Of a DNA stretch of 64,000 nt, positions 19,722 through 29,969 are shown one piece after another (positions within the stretch are counted from its first letter, which is position 1; each line of letters opens with the position of its first letter). The notes under the pieces were generated by a model. It ran no database searches. It was not told the DNA's origin and was given only the letters and a program-made list of their open reading frames with translations. Source of the stretch: an archaeon (lineage in GTDB: Archaea > Nanobdellota > Nanobdellia > Woesearchaeales > GW2011-AR4); NCBI GenBank assembly GCA_002688925.1, contig NZEC01000018.1:59131-123130 (forward strand), read 5' to 3'. Position numbers and translations under genes: made by a program.

Positions 19722-20366
19722 ATGAAAAAAATAACAACAAAAGACAGCTCAATTACTTTCTACAACGAGAAAGTTCAGGATTATTACCATTCTAAATCCG
19801 GAGCTAAAGAAGAAGCTTTTGAAAAGCATGCAAAAGCATTGAACATATATTCCAAAAAAAATCCGGTTATTTTTGACGTTTGTTTTGGCCTGGGATACAA
19901 TACAGCAGCAGCATTAGACTTAATCAAAGGAAAAGCTGCAATTTACTGTTTTGAGAATGATATAGAAATACTTAAAAAAATCACTGAAATAGATGCAGAC
20001 TTTAAAAGTTACAATATTATTAAAAAATTCATAAAGAATTTTCTTGATAACAATATAAAAATCTACGAAGAAAACAATATAAAATTGGTTATGATCTTTG
20101 GCGATGCAAGGAAAAAAATAAAAAACATCAGGGAAAAAGCAGATTTTGTGTTTTTTGACTCATTTTCCCCTTCAAAAATGCCAAAAATGTGGACAAAAGA
20201 GTTCTTTTCAGACATCAGAGAAAAAATGAAACAAAACTCAAAATTAAGCACCTATTCCTGCGCAAAGTTCATAAGAAATAACTTAAAAGAAGCAGGTTTT
20301 AAAGTGAAAGACGGCCCAATCATAGGAAGAAACAGCCCGGGAACTATAGCCATAAACATAAAATAA
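19722..20366 (+). CDS. MnmC/MnmD-like SAM-dependent methyltransferase
   Basis: TKDSSIT, YHSKSGA, DVCFGLGYN, FDSFSP, PKMWT. Confidence 0.8.
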   Translation: MKKITTKDSSITFYNEKVQDYYHSKSGAKEEAFEKHAKALNIYSKKNPVIFDVCFGLGYNTAAALDLIKGKAAIYCFENDIEILKKITEIDADFKSYNIIKKFIKNFLDNNIKIYEENNIKLVMIFGDARKKIKNIREKADFVFFDSFSPSKMPKMWTKEFFSDIREKMKQNSKLSTYSCAKFIRNNLKEAGFKVKDGPIIGRNSPGTIAINIK

Positions 20367-20387
20367 AATCTAAATCATAAAAACATA

Positions 20388-21143
20388 TTATATCTTGATT
20401 TTCCCCTTATGCCAGTCAATCAAAAGCTGCACTGCAGCCCTTTTTTCATCCACAATCCCTTTTTTCAATAACATATTTTTTTTCTTTCCGATTTCACATA
20501 AAATTTCATCAGAATCAAGCTTTGGATCAATATCATATTCTTTTTCAAGAGCAGCAGGATTATTTTTCCTGAATATTTCAATAAGCTTATACGCAACAAG
20601 GTCAGGATCTTTTAGTTTTGACGGGCTTATCCCTGACATTAAGCCTAATCTTGTCTCATCTCTGTCTCCATACGGAACAACACCAGGAGTGTCAAAAAGT
20701 GTTAAGTTGCCTTTTCCTGTAATTAACTGCAACCCCCTTGTAAATCCTGATTCAGAGCTTGTTCCTGCTCTGCCCTTTTTAGACAACCTGTTGATCAAAG
20801 TGCTTTTTCCTGTATTTGGATAGCCAATCACAGCAACCTTAATGTTTTCTTTGTTTATTTTGCTTTTTATCAATTTAATAAACTCATTTACTGACTTCAA
20901 ATTCTTGGCTGACATCAAAATATAATCCAGTTTGCTGTAATCTTTTTTTATTTTTTTAATTACAGATTTGGAAACAATATCAGACTTGTTGATTATAAGA
21001 ATCTGTTTTCTGCCGATTTTTTTAATATATTCTTCAAGTTTTCTGTTTCTTGTCAATTCAACCATTCTTGCATCAAGAACTTCCAAAACTACATCAGCCT
21101 TCTTTATTATATCCTGCACAACAATCCAAAATCCTTTTTTCAT
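20388..21143 (-). CDS. Circularly permuted ribosome-biogenesis GTPase (RbgA/YlqF family)
   Basis: G4 NKSD precedes G1 GYPNTGKS and G3 DTPG. Confidence 0.9.
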   Translation of the reverse strand: MKKGFWIVVQDIIKKADVVLEVLDARMVELTRNRKLEEYIKKIGRKQILIINKSDIVSKSVIKKIKKDYSKLDYILMSAKNLKSVNEFIKLIKSKINKENIKVAVIGYPNTGKSTLINRLSKKGRAGTSSESGFTRGLQLITGKGNLTLFDTPGVVPYGDRDETRLGLMSGISPSKLKDPDLVAYKLIEIFRKNNPAALEKEYDIDPKLDSDEILCEIGKKKNMLLKKGIVDEKRAAVQLLIDWHKGKIKI

Positions 21144-21205
21144 AATACTCAGATAAAATAATCCTGTTTATATAATCTTTCATTTGAGTAATAGAAATAA
21201 ATGCT

Positions 21206-21631
21206 TTAATCAAAATGGTCTTCATAAGTAAATGTCCTGTTAAAGCCTTCATAAGTGCAGCTTCCCTTTAATTCTATTATATTGCCATCCAAGAATTCCC
21301 TGTACATTCTAACAAGATTATTGCAGTCCTGACATCTTCTAAAACAAGTTCCTATCTCAACTTCAAATTCCCTTTCGTTTTTCTTGGTTAATTTTGAAGG
21401 GACCTCTGAATTTGCCATAAACTGCCCGTATATATTAGCCACAAAACTGTCATCAGTAAATCTTTCTGACAGCTCAATATGAAGCATGCATTTCTTCGGG
21501 CTTTGATTGCTTACCATCTCTTTTTTTATGGTAATGCAATGCCCGTTCTTCATCTTATACTCATTGTCTTTTTTCTGCTGCACTAGTACATTAGGAAGCT
21601 TTATGCTTCCATCAGAATTAAATTCAACCAT
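21206..21631 (-). CDS. Hypothetical protein with Cys cluster
   Basis: CFRRCQDC; coupled to upstream gene. Confidence 0.65.
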   Translation of the reverse strand: MVEFNSDGSIKLPNVLVQQKKDNEYKMKNGHCITIKKEMVSNQSPKKCMLHIELSERFTDDSFVANIYGQFMANSEVPSKLTKKNEREFEVEIGTCFRRCQDCNNLVRMYREFLDGNIIELKGSCTYEGFNRTFTYEDHFD

Positions 21632-22371
21632 TATAACTCCCAGCTGCCAGATTCATTACCCCTTGAGCAAACTGCATATTCAATTTTTCTTTTGACTAAT
21701 TTTTCATAGGCTTGAAGAGCAACCTGAGGTGTATTATTGTTTCCAGAAAGATGGCCCAATAATGCTAAAGACAGATTCTTCCCCTTTTTCTGGATCAAAG
21801 AGCTTGCACGAACATTGCTCAGATGCCCTTCATCAGAAAGTATCCAGTTCTTGAGAAAAGCAGGGTAAGGGCCGTTTATTACCATGTCAATATCATGGTT
21901 GGATTCAAGCAAAACACCTTTTAATTTTGGAATAGAGCATTCTATCTCCTTTGTTATTGCTCCTGTATCTGTAAATAAGCCGAATTTCCCGATTATAAAC
22001 CCACAGGAACTGACACTATGGGAAGTAAGCACTGGCTTTATCCTGAAATTTTTTACCTTAAAGCTCCTGTCAATGGAAAATACCTTGCTCTTGATATTCC
22101 CAAGCTTAAATCCGGCTTCTGAAAAGGTCTGCTTTGTCATATAAACAGGAATATTGAATCTTCTTGAAATAACACCTGCACCTGAAATATGGTCATGATG
22201 CCCATGCGTTAATAATATCCCGTCGACATTATCAATATCTTTGCCCAACCTTTCCATCCTGGATTCAATCTCCCTGCCGCTCTTGCCTGCATCAATCAGA
22301 ACAGAAGTATTTTTATCCTCAACCAAACAGGAATTTCCATTGCTTCCGGATGCTATGACAGAAATTTTCAT
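21631..22371 (-). CDS. MBL-fold metallohydrolase (YycJ/WalJ-like)
   Basis: ASGSNGN, THGHHDH, LESNHD, GHLSN. Confidence 0.88.
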   Translation of the reverse strand: MKISVIASGSNGNSCLVEDKNTSVLIDAGKSGREIESRMERLGKDIDNVDGILLTHGHHDHISGAGVISRRFNIPVYMTKQTFSEAGFKLGNIKSKVFSIDRSFKVKNFRIKPVLTSHSVSSCGFIIGKFGLFTDTGAITKEIECSIPKLKGVLLESNHDIDMVINGPYPAFLKNWILSDEGHLSNVRASSLIQKKGKNLSLALLGHLSGNNNTPQVALQAYEKLVKRKIEYAVCSRGNESGSWEL

Positions 22372-22519
22372 TCATTCACCTTTTTTAATTTGTCAATGAA
22401 GTAATTGTTTATATAGTTTTTCTATTGTAAATTTAAAAAATTAACTCAAAAACTTATTCTAAAAATATCTTTTCAAAAATTCTTCTCCTTTCATAATAAT
22501 AAAAAGCAAATATGTTTTT

Positions 22520-23206
22520 TTATTTTATTTTTTCTTCCGATAGTATCTTTGCTGAATATGGGTCATGCACAGCAGCAATTATTACATCCTTGCTTGTAAC
22601 ATCAGAATCATAAATTAAAGATACTCCATTGCTTAATCTCTCAACTTCCAACACACCTAAAATGCTCTTTAAATCATATTCAATTGCAGGCCCGCATGAG
22701 CCACAAAATACGCCTTCGATATTCAATAAGAGCTTTTTTTTACCTTCGTACTCAGGCTCTACTTCGATATCAGCCATCTCAGGCATTCCATGGATCTCAG
22801 CCATTTCTTTGATATTGCCTAAAGGCTTTTGGTTTACAGGAATATTCCCATAAACCAATCCTGCAACAGGCGCAACAACTAAATAGTTTAAAATTACCCA
22901 GCTTACTGCTAAAAATATAATTGCATATGCGATGTTTTTCCAGTTCTTTTTCATTGTGCTTATATTGCAAACCCCGCTTTTTCTTTTTACCAGGTAAAGG
23001 CTGATTAAAATCATTAATATTACTCCAGAAACTATGCTGACTAAATGAAACTGGTGCATAACTGCCATACTAATTGCAGTTCCAAAACCCAAAAGAATCA
23101 AAACTACAGGTGCAATGCAGCAAGTTACTGCTGTAAAACCTCCAGCAATACCTGCCCACAAGTAGCTCTTTTTCTTTTCCTTATTTTTTTGCTCTGTATT
23201 TTCCAT
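22520..23206 (-). CDS. MerT-like membrane protein fused to an HMA domain
   Basis: TM helix with vicinal CC (AVTCCIAP); C-terminal IEGVFCGSC. Confidence 0.7.
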   Translation of the reverse strand: MENTEQKNKEKKKSYLWAGIAGGFTAVTCCIAPVVLILLGFGTAISMAVMHQFHLVSIVSGVILMILISLYLVKRKSGVCNISTMKKNWKNIAYAIIFLAVSWVILNYLVVAPVAGLVYGNIPVNQKPLGNIKEMAEIHGMPEMADIEVEPEYEGKKKLLLNIEGVFCGSCGPAIEYDLKSILGVLEVERLSNGVSLIYDSDVTSKDVIIAAVHDPYSAKILSEEKIK

Positions 23207-23216
23207 TATAAGTTCA

Positions 23217-23477
23217 CTAAAATATTTTCCATCCGGCAAATATGAATGCAAGGCCGATTATAGCAACAATAAGGCCATATGTCATAAATACTCCGTGGTT
23301 GTGATGCCCATGTTCTTCTTCATTACCCATATCACTCATTGAATTTTCCATATCCATATTTGCTTCCATATTCTGGCCTTGTCCAAGTAGAGCTGTATGT
23401 GCGCTTGGAGGTAGTATAGAAAAAATAATACCGCCAATGCCTAAAATCAATCCAATTATAATCAAAATTTTATCCAT
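23217..23477 (-). CDS. Two-TM protein with Met/His-rich loop
   Basis: MEANMDMENSMSDMGNEEEHGHHNH between two hydrophobic helices. Confidence 0.7.
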   Translation of the reverse strand: MDKILIIIGLILGIGGIIFSILPPSAHTALLGQGQNMEANMDMENSMSDMGNEEEHGHHNHGVFMTYGLIVAIIGLAFIFAGWKIF

Positions 23478-23504
23478 TTTAATCTCCTTTATTTTTTAAT
23501 CAAA

Positions 23505-24491
23505 TTATTTATTACCATTTTTTTTCAAAAACCTGTACAATAAAAATAAAAATACTAATAATATTACCACTCCAATTATGTTTGACAACTTCAATGATAA
23601 TACTTTTTCCTGAAATGAATAAACAATACTAGTCATACTCCCCAATCCCAGGTTATTTGTGATATAAGTTCCGCCATAAATAACAAAGACAAGGCCCAGT
23701 GCAATAAATAAGATAGCTGCAATCAAATTAGTGGAATGTACTCTTATTTTTTTATTAAAAACAGTAAATTCAAGTTCTTTGCCCTGTATGAATTTGCTTT
23801 TTGAAAAATTATACTTGTCAAATAAAAATGACATCAAAAACAATGGAACGAAAATGCCAAGGGAATAAAAGAACATCAAAAATGCAGAGTAGATATAATT
23901 ATTAAGTATTGATGCAATCAATAAAATCCCAACCACAATAGGGCCAGTGCATGCAGTCCATCCAATTGCGAAAAAAATACCATACAAAAACAATCCTATC
24001 GCATTATTCTTTATTTTTCCCTTAGTCTTGATAAATGTAAATCCTTTGCCAAAAAAAGCCATAACCCCCATTGCAATGATAAATAAACCGGCTATTGTGA
24101 CAAGCAGCCTGTTGTTTTGCTGTAGCTCGGTAATAGTTGACCCAATAAAAGTTGCAATCAATCCGAGAGCTACAAATACAGGCATAAACCCAAGAAAAAA
24201 TGCAAATGTAGATTTGGTTATCTGCTTTCTTTCCTCAAAAGTATATGCAAAAAATGCAGGCAATATTCCTAAACTGCATGGGCTAATGATGCTTATAATC
24301 CCGGCCAGAAATGCTATGATAAAAGAAATGTTCTTGAAATAAAAATCCGCCTGGTTATTGTTATAATCTAAAATTTTCTGCAGCCCTATTGGAAAGTCTG
24401 ATTGTGAGGAAACACTAAAGCTAAATGCCATTAAAAAAAATACAGCCAACAATAGAACAAAGATTTTTTTGTTTTCATTTAATAGTTCCAT
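23505..24491 (-). CDS. ccdA: CcdA/DsbD-family transmembrane electron transporter
   Basis: SIISPCSLGILP and GWTACTGPI. Confidence 0.88.
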   Translation of the reverse strand: MELLNENKKIFVLLLAVFFLMAFSFSVSSQSDFPIGLQKILDYNNNQADFYFKNISFIIAFLAGIISIISPCSLGILPAFFAYTFEERKQITKSTFAFFLGFMPVFVALGLIATFIGSTITELQQNNRLLVTIAGLFIIAMGVMAFFGKGFTFIKTKGKIKNNAIGLFLYGIFFAIGWTACTGPIVVGILLIASILNNYIYSAFLMFFYSLGIFVPLFLMSFLFDKYNFSKSKFIQGKELEFTVFNKKIRVHSTNLIAAILFIALGLVFVIYGGTYITNNLGLGSMTSIVYSFQEKVLSLKLSNIIGVVILLVFLFLLYRFLKKNGNK

Positions 24492-24552
24492 GTTCTTTGA
24501 TAACTGATTGTTTTATTGACTCTATTAAAATAAAAATCAATAATCAAATTAT

Positions 24553-25677
24553 TTACTGGCTTTGCTGCTGAACAGGCTCTATTATTTTGTTTGTAGTAAG
24601 GTCTTTGTAAACAATACTTGCCTCTAAAACTTCCACTTTCCTAAAAACATAAGAGCCATCATCCTCTATAGTACCGACCTGTCCCCAAACTCGCGAAAAG
24701 CCTTCATAAGCATTTAGATCCCCATTCAATATCACTGTCGGAACTTTTTCAATATCATATTTTTTAATTAAGTCCTTTCCTTCAGGTGATGTAATATCCA
24801 ATATTTTTTCTTCATCTATTGCAATGCCCATTATTAACAAAATTTCCTTATGTAAATCCACACCATAGCATCCATCACAAGAAACGTCATCAATCATTGT
24901 TAATTCCACCAATCCCCTTACTTTGCCAGTATCAGTTTCAACATAAGGAGCTTGGCTTTGAATTACATACTGCCCTTTATTTTCTGTTATGCCCTGCTGG
25001 CTAAGGCTTTGCGCAATAGCAGGATATGCATCTATATGTTTTGATAAAAGAATTGCCGGAAGCTTTTCAATATTTAACTGTGAAATCAGTTCTTTTGCCC
25101 TCGAGTCTGAAAAGTCAAGTTCCTCTTCATTTGCTATAAAGACTCCATTCTGCACTAAGTTTAATATTAAAACCCCAAGGTCTGCGCAGGCCTCGCAATT
25201 TTTGTCATTTATTAAAATACTGGAAACCTTGCCTACAATCTCGTTTGTCACGGCATCTTCATAAGGCACTGCAACAGCATCAAATACTAATGCATCATCT
25301 ACTTTTTTAAAATTCTGGATATCGGCTTTATCTGTTTCTCCTGTTATTACAATATTTGGCAGCTTCTCAATGCCATATTTTTCAATAAGCTTTTTGGCTT
25401 CTCTTGAATTGCCTTTTAGTGATTTTTCATCAAGAATTTTCAAATCAGAATCTTTGAGGGCATTAATTATTTCATCAGCATCAAAACAGTCTGCACAAGT
25501 TGAAGAAAGCTTGATGATTTCAATTTCTGCCGGCTTTGCAAGCTCTCTTGCCTCAGCCATTTTCTCGTCAAGGCTGCTCCCGATAGTAAAAACATAAAAG
25601 GAATTAAAAATTAATATTCCCAACAATACAAAAACTCCTGCTGCAATAAATTTATGCAGGTTAGTTTCTTTTGTCAT
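24553..25677 (-). CDS. Membrane-anchored protein with three thioredoxin-like CxxC repeats
   Basis: CADC, CEAC, CDGC, each followed by an IEK(L/V)P motif. Confidence 0.7.
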   Translation of the reverse strand: MTKETNLHKFIAAGVFVLLGILIFNSFYVFTIGSSLDEKMAEARELAKPAEIEIIKLSSTCADCFDADEIINALKDSDLKILDEKSLKGNSREAKKLIEKYGIEKLPNIVITGETDKADIQNFKKVDDALVFDAVAVPYEDAVTNEIVGKVSSILINDKNCEACADLGVLILNLVQNGVFIANEEELDFSDSRAKELISQLNIEKLPAILLSKHIDAYPAIAQSLSQQGITENKGQYVIQSQAPYVETDTGKVRGLVELTMIDDVSCDGCYGVDLHKEILLIMGIAIDEEKILDITSPEGKDLIKKYDIEKVPTVILNGDLNAYEGFSRVWGQVGTIEDDGSYVFRKVEVLEASIVYKDLTTNKIIEPVQQQSQ

Positions 25678-25680
25678 TAT

Positions 25681-25980
25681 TTAACAGCCACCTACCATTG
25701 TCGGCAAATTATTTAGATTATTAGACAAGCCACCGCTGCTCTGGCCAGTAGATACTGTGCTTTTTTTGCTGCTCACGCTTAGTGTCTCTAAATCGTTATT
25801 CAGCTTATTTTTTAACCCAACTAATTCAACTGCCTGCACTCCGGAAATCAAAATTAACAATGCTAATGCAATTGCCATTACCCAGAACTTCATATTTGGG
25901 TTTGTGTTTTTACTGCCTGTATGCCTGTGCTCATGAGCTTTATGCTTATGATGCTCTGCATGTTTTTTATGCTCTTCCAT
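25681..25980 (-). CDS. His-rich single-TM protein ending in LPTMVGGC
   Basis: His-rich N-terminus, one TM, Ser-rich linker, C-terminal MVGGC. Confidence 0.75.
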   Translation of the reverse strand: MEEHKKHAEHHKHKAHEHRHTGSKNTNPNMKFWVMAIALALLILISGVQAVELVGLKNKLNNDLETLSVSSKKSTVSTGQSSGGLSNNLNNLPTMVGGC

Positions 25981-25981
25981 T

Positions 25982-26722
25982 TTAACAACCTCCTACCATT
26001 CCTGGCAAGCTTTTTAATTGAGATGGGTCAGTCCCGGCAACTTCCATAGCCAAGCCAACCATATTTCTTGGGAAAAACATTGTTTTCCATTTCATAACTT
26101 CCCTTAAAACTTCTGCATCCGAATAATCAGTATTTTGCATCAATCCCATTGTTAATGAAAGGACTGCAGGATTGTGCTTGCAGCCGCATCTTGACTTTCC
26201 ATCTTTTGTTATGCCCTGCGGGCCAATACCACAGCAGAACTCGCATGAAATTCCCCTTGGATTTGCAGCAAGGTTAATGTATCTCTGCCATGTTTCAGGA
26301 TCATTGTTTTTTACTTCTTCGTTTAAGCTGTAATACCACTTCGCAAGATATTCCATTGAAGTTACAGGGTCATCAAACGTAATTCCTCCCAAAGCTCCGC
26401 TATATTCCGGAGTTCCTGTTGGTATCATAATGCTTATTGCATCTTCCTCGCTTTGTATAGAATTTAACTCGGGAAATAAAGATGCAAGAGCCATGGCTGT
26501 TGAGGTTATTTCATTAACATCAACACTTGATAAATCAAGCTGGCCTGAATGCCTGCTTCCTAAGAATATAGAACTCTTTGATGCAGCCCCTGTCATCACA
26601 CCAAAAGAAGAGGAAATTGAAGAAATCTGAACTTGATTAAACAGAATCAGAATGCCTGCTATCAAAAGAGAAGCCATCATGAAATTTTCAAGTTTCTTGT
26701 GGGATAAAAAATCTGCTTTCAT
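25982..26722 (-). CDS. Membrane-anchored Cys-rich protein ending in LPGMVGGC
   Basis: N-terminal TM; CEFCCG...CGCKH; C-terminal MVGGC. Confidence 0.75.
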   Translation of the reverse strand: MKADFLSHKKLENFMMASLLIAGILILFNQVQISSISSSFGVMTGAASKSSIFLGSRHSGQLDLSSVDVNEITSTAMALASLFPELNSIQSEEDAISIMIPTGTPEYSGALGGITFDDPVTSMEYLAKWYYSLNEEVKNNDPETWQRYINLAANPRGISCEFCCGIGPQGITKDGKSRCGCKHNPAVLSLTMGLMQNTDYSDAEVLREVMKWKTMFFPRNMVGLAMEVAGTDPSQLKSLPGMVGGC

Positions 26723-26762
26723 TTAGAGATATATTAACTGGATTTTATATATAAGTTATCAT

Positions 26763-26790
26763 AAAAACAGTAAATAAAAATACTGTTTTT
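26763..26790. promoter_or_regulatory. Perfect 10-bp inverted repeat, candidate operator
   Basis: AAAAACAGTA-N8-TACTGTTTTT just upstream of the TATA-like box of the minus-strand operon. Confidence 0.45.
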
Positions 26791-27064
26791 TTGCCTAAAA
26801 CAGGCTTATTATAGCTTATTACCGTTCATAAAGGTTTTATTGCCTTTTTTAAGCAAAACAGAGCTATAATTTCCCCAATCTTCTCTTTTATAAATTTGTA
26901 CAATAGCTATATTGGTGTTTTAACTTTATGTTTAATCCACTCAGTATATGAATTAAAAGTAAGTAAAATTTAAATAGTTTGTTAAAAAAATAAACTTAAT
27001 ATAATAGATTGATATAGTGTTCTAAAAAGCCAAACTTATGAAATAAATAAATTATAATTTTAAA

Positions 27065-28198
27065 ATGAAAACAGACCCAATCTGCGGAATGAAAGGGACA
27101 ATCAAAGCTCATGGACACTATTTTTGCAGCCAGAATTGCATTGAAAAATATGAAAAGCAGAACAATATCAAGCATTGCTTAAGCTGTCATGTCAAAGGTG
27201 CACATCATCCCTGGTATAAGGAAAAAATTTTTATTGTTGGCTTTATTACAATAGCTATAATCATACTTGCTTATTTTTTCTCAGAAAAGCTTTTTGAAGC
27301 CTTTGTCGATTACTTTAAGCTGATATGGTGGGCTATTTTAATAGGATTATTTATAGGGGGCATTATTGATCACCTAATCCCAAACCAATATATTTCAAAA
27401 TACTTGTCAAAGCACAAAAAGATAACAATAGTCTATGCTGTTGTTTTTGGGTTTTTGATGTCTGCCTGTAGCCATGGAATCCTGGCTATTTCTATGGAGC
27501 TGTATAAGAAAGGAGCCTCAATAGCCGCTGTTATTGCTTTTTTACTTTCAAGCCCCTGGGCTAATTTGCCAATCACAATTCTATTGTTTAGTTTTTTTGG
27601 GGCTAAAGCACTGCTTCTTGTTTTAGCTGCTATTGTTATTGCAGCTATAACTGGATTGATTTACCAGATATTGGAAAAAAATAAAATGATAGAGCAGAGC
27701 AAAAACATAGCTAATGTTGATGAATCATTTTCTATAAGAAAAGACATCAAAAAAAGGTGGAAGAAATATGAGTTTAATTTTGACAATAATGCTGAGACAG
27801 TAAAAGGAGTCTTAAAAGGATCCTGGGCATTGGCAAAGATGGTTGTGTGGTGGATTTTAATAGGCATGATTTTAGCAAGTTTTGCAAGGGCTTTTGTTCC
27901 CACAGAAATATTCCATCAATTTTTAGGCCCTACATTATTGGGATTGTTTATAACTCTAATCATAGCAACGATAATAGAAGTATGTTCAGAAGGTTCCTCA
28001 CCTTTGGCATTTGAGCTTTACAGCCAAACTGGAGCGTTTGGAAATAGTTTTGTGTTTTTGATGGCCGGAGTAGCAACCGATTATACAGAGATAGGCCTCA
28101 TATGGAGCAACATTGGAAAAAAAGCAGCAATCTGGCTTCCAATTGTAACAGTTCCGCAAATTGTATTGGTAGGTATATTATTCAACATTTTGCTCTAA
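27065..28198 (+). CDS. DUF318/ArsP-family permease with N-terminal YHS-like domain
   Basis: TDPICGM...YFCSQNC; ACSHG and VCSEGS repeats; multiple TMs. Confidence 0.8.
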   Translation: MKTDPICGMKGTIKAHGHYFCSQNCIEKYEKQNNIKHCLSCHVKGAHHPWYKEKIFIVGFITIAIIILAYFFSEKLFEAFVDYFKLIWWAILIGLFIGGIIDHLIPNQYISKYLSKHKKITIVYAVVFGFLMSACSHGILAISMELYKKGASIAAVIAFLLSSPWANLPITILLFSFFGAKALLLVLAAIVIAAITGLIYQILEKNKMIEQSKNIANVDESFSIRKDIKKRWKKYEFNFDNNAETVKGVLKGSWALAKMVVWWILIGMILASFARAFVPTEIFHQFLGPTLLGLFITLIIATIIEVCSEGSSPLAFELYSQTGAFGNSFVFLMAGVATDYTEIGLIWSNIGKKAAIWLPIVTVPQIVLVGILFNILL

Positions 28199-28271
28199 AA
28201 CAACTGTATATTTAACTAAAAACACAAGGTTTTTATAGGGAAAAAACACTTCTATAGTAAAATAGGAGCTT

Positions 28272-28787
28272 ATGGAAACAAAAAAACTCGGTTTTCTTAT
28301 ATTGGGAATAAGTGTTATGTTAGGCTTAGTTATGTTCAGCTTTATTAGTTCACTTGGCGCTCAGGGAAATGCCATGAATTGCAATCCAACTCAGGAATGC
28401 CAACAGCTGAATTCTGTGTTAGGAATATCACATATAGCAGTCGGCTTTTTGGCATTTATTTTTGCATTAGGATTCTATTTGCTATTTTTCAACAAAGATC
28501 AGGGAGATGTATTAAAGAGATATTATGATGAAAAGCTGGAAAAAAATGTTGAGAATAAGAACAATGACAAATTCTCATTATTGTTAAGGCCTTTGGATGA
28601 AAATGAAAGAAAGGTTTTGACTGCAATCAAAGAACAGGATGGCATTACACAATCAACTTTAAAATACAGGGCTGATTTATCAAAAGCAAAGATAAGCCAG
28701 ATACTGACTGATTTTGAAAGAAAAAACTTGATTGCAAGAAAAGCAAAAGGCAAGACATATTCTGTTTTTTTAACAAACAATTTCTAG
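28272..28787 (+). CDS. Membrane-anchored winged-helix regulator
   Basis: Two TMs with CxxxxxC loop; C-terminal LDENERKVL...GITQ...LSKAKIS wHTH. Confidence 0.75.
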   Translation: METKKLGFLILGISVMLGLVMFSFISSLGAQGNAMNCNPTQECQQLNSVLGISHIAVGFLAFIFALGFYLLFFNKDQGDVLKRYYDEKLEKNVENKNNDKFSLLLRPLDENERKVLTAIKEQDGITQSTLKYRADLSKAKISQILTDFERKNLIARKAKGKTYSVFLTNNF

Positions 28788-28831
28788 AAAACAAAAAACT
28801 ATAAATATAACCTCTTTATTGCAATTTTACG

Positions 28832-29548
28832 GTGATGTTAATAATGGACATAGGGAAAACTTTTACAAAGAAAAGAGTCATTTTTATTTTGTTGTTTGCT
28901 GTTTTTGCGTTTATCACGCAAAGGATAAACTTTTCCCCTTTAGTTGGGGCTGAAAATCAGTTCTTTACATTATTCCAGTTCTTTGGACCGATAGCAGGAG
29001 CATTTCTAGGCCCTGTTTTTGGAGTTATTGCTGTCTTCCTGGCAGAATTAGTTGATTTTATAGTTGTTGGGAAAGAATTAACTTTAATTAATATTATGAG
29101 ATTTGCTCCTATGCTATTTGCAACATATTACTTTGCAAGCAATAAGAAAAGGCTAAATGCAATAATTCCTTTAATAGCAATAGGCTTGTTTGTACTGCAT
29201 CCGGTTGGAAGGCAAGTCTGGTTTTTTGCATTGTTCGGGACAATACCTATAATTGCAACATTACTGACAAAAAAATATTCAATGAGCGTTCCATTAAGGA
29301 GCTTAGGCGCAACATTCACAGCCCAATCTGTAGGCGGCGCATTATGGGTATGGACAGTCCCTATGACAGCAGGACAATGGATTGCATTAATACCGGTAGT
29401 TGCTTATGAAAGAGTTTTGTTTGCACTGGGAATAGGAATTTCCTTTATTGCCTTGAATGCATTGCTTAACAAAGTTCTTGTAAAATTAGACTTAAAGATT
29501 CCAAGCGATGTCTTAAGAATAGAGAAAAAGTTTACTTTAAGGGCTTAA
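28832..29548 (+). CDS. Integral membrane protein, possibly ECF S-component-like
   Basis: About 6-7 TMs; GAFLGPVFG motif. Confidence 0.55.
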   Translation: MMLIMDIGKTFTKKRVIFILLFAVFAFITQRINFSPLVGAENQFFTLFQFFGPIAGAFLGPVFGVIAVFLAELVDFIVVGKELTLINIMRFAPMLFATYYFASNKKRLNAIIPLIAIGLFVLHPVGRQVWFFALFGTIPIIATLLTKKYSMSVPLRSLGATFTAQSVGGALWVWTVPMTAGQWIALIPVVAYERVLFALGIGISFIALNALLNKVLVKLDLKIPSDVLRIEKKFTLRA

Positions 29549-29603
29549 TTCTATTTTTTTTATTTTTAATTATATTAAAAATATTCTAGAATTATTGTTC
29601 TTT

Positions 29604-29969
29604 TTATCTCATATGAGCTTCATGGGGTTTAGTATCATCCTTCCCAGAAGTTTCCTGTTTTTGCTCAGCAGATTCTGTATTTTCAGCTTTTTGCTCTGTT
29701 TCCGCATTACTTTGCTGTTGTTCAGTATTCTGAGATGATTGCTCAGAACTCTGTTGGCTATCAGTTTTAGGGACTCCTTCCTTTACATCTTTTTCTACCA
29801 ATATTTGCTTGACTTTTTCCTTGTCATCCTTTTCTCTTTCCCACTTTTTCCTTTTCCATTTTTCTTTTATTGTATCAATAAGGAGCCATAGCAAGAAAAT
29901 AATAACTAATGCCAGGACAATATATCCTATAACCATTGCAATATTGTTTATTATTATTAAAAATCCCAT
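29604..29969 (-). CDS. Single-TM protein with Q/E/S-rich tail
   Basis: ORF composition. Confidence 0.6.
   Translation of the reverse strand: MGFLIIINNIAMVIGYIVLALVIIFLLWLLIDTIKEKWKRKKWEREKDDKEKVKQILVEKDVKEGVPKTDSQQSSEQSSQNTEQQQSNAETEQKAENTESAEQKQETSGKDDTKPHEAHMR

Noticed and set aside
25681-25984. Possible selenocysteine read-through after GGC
   Set aside because: Both MVGGC genes end in TAA, not TGA
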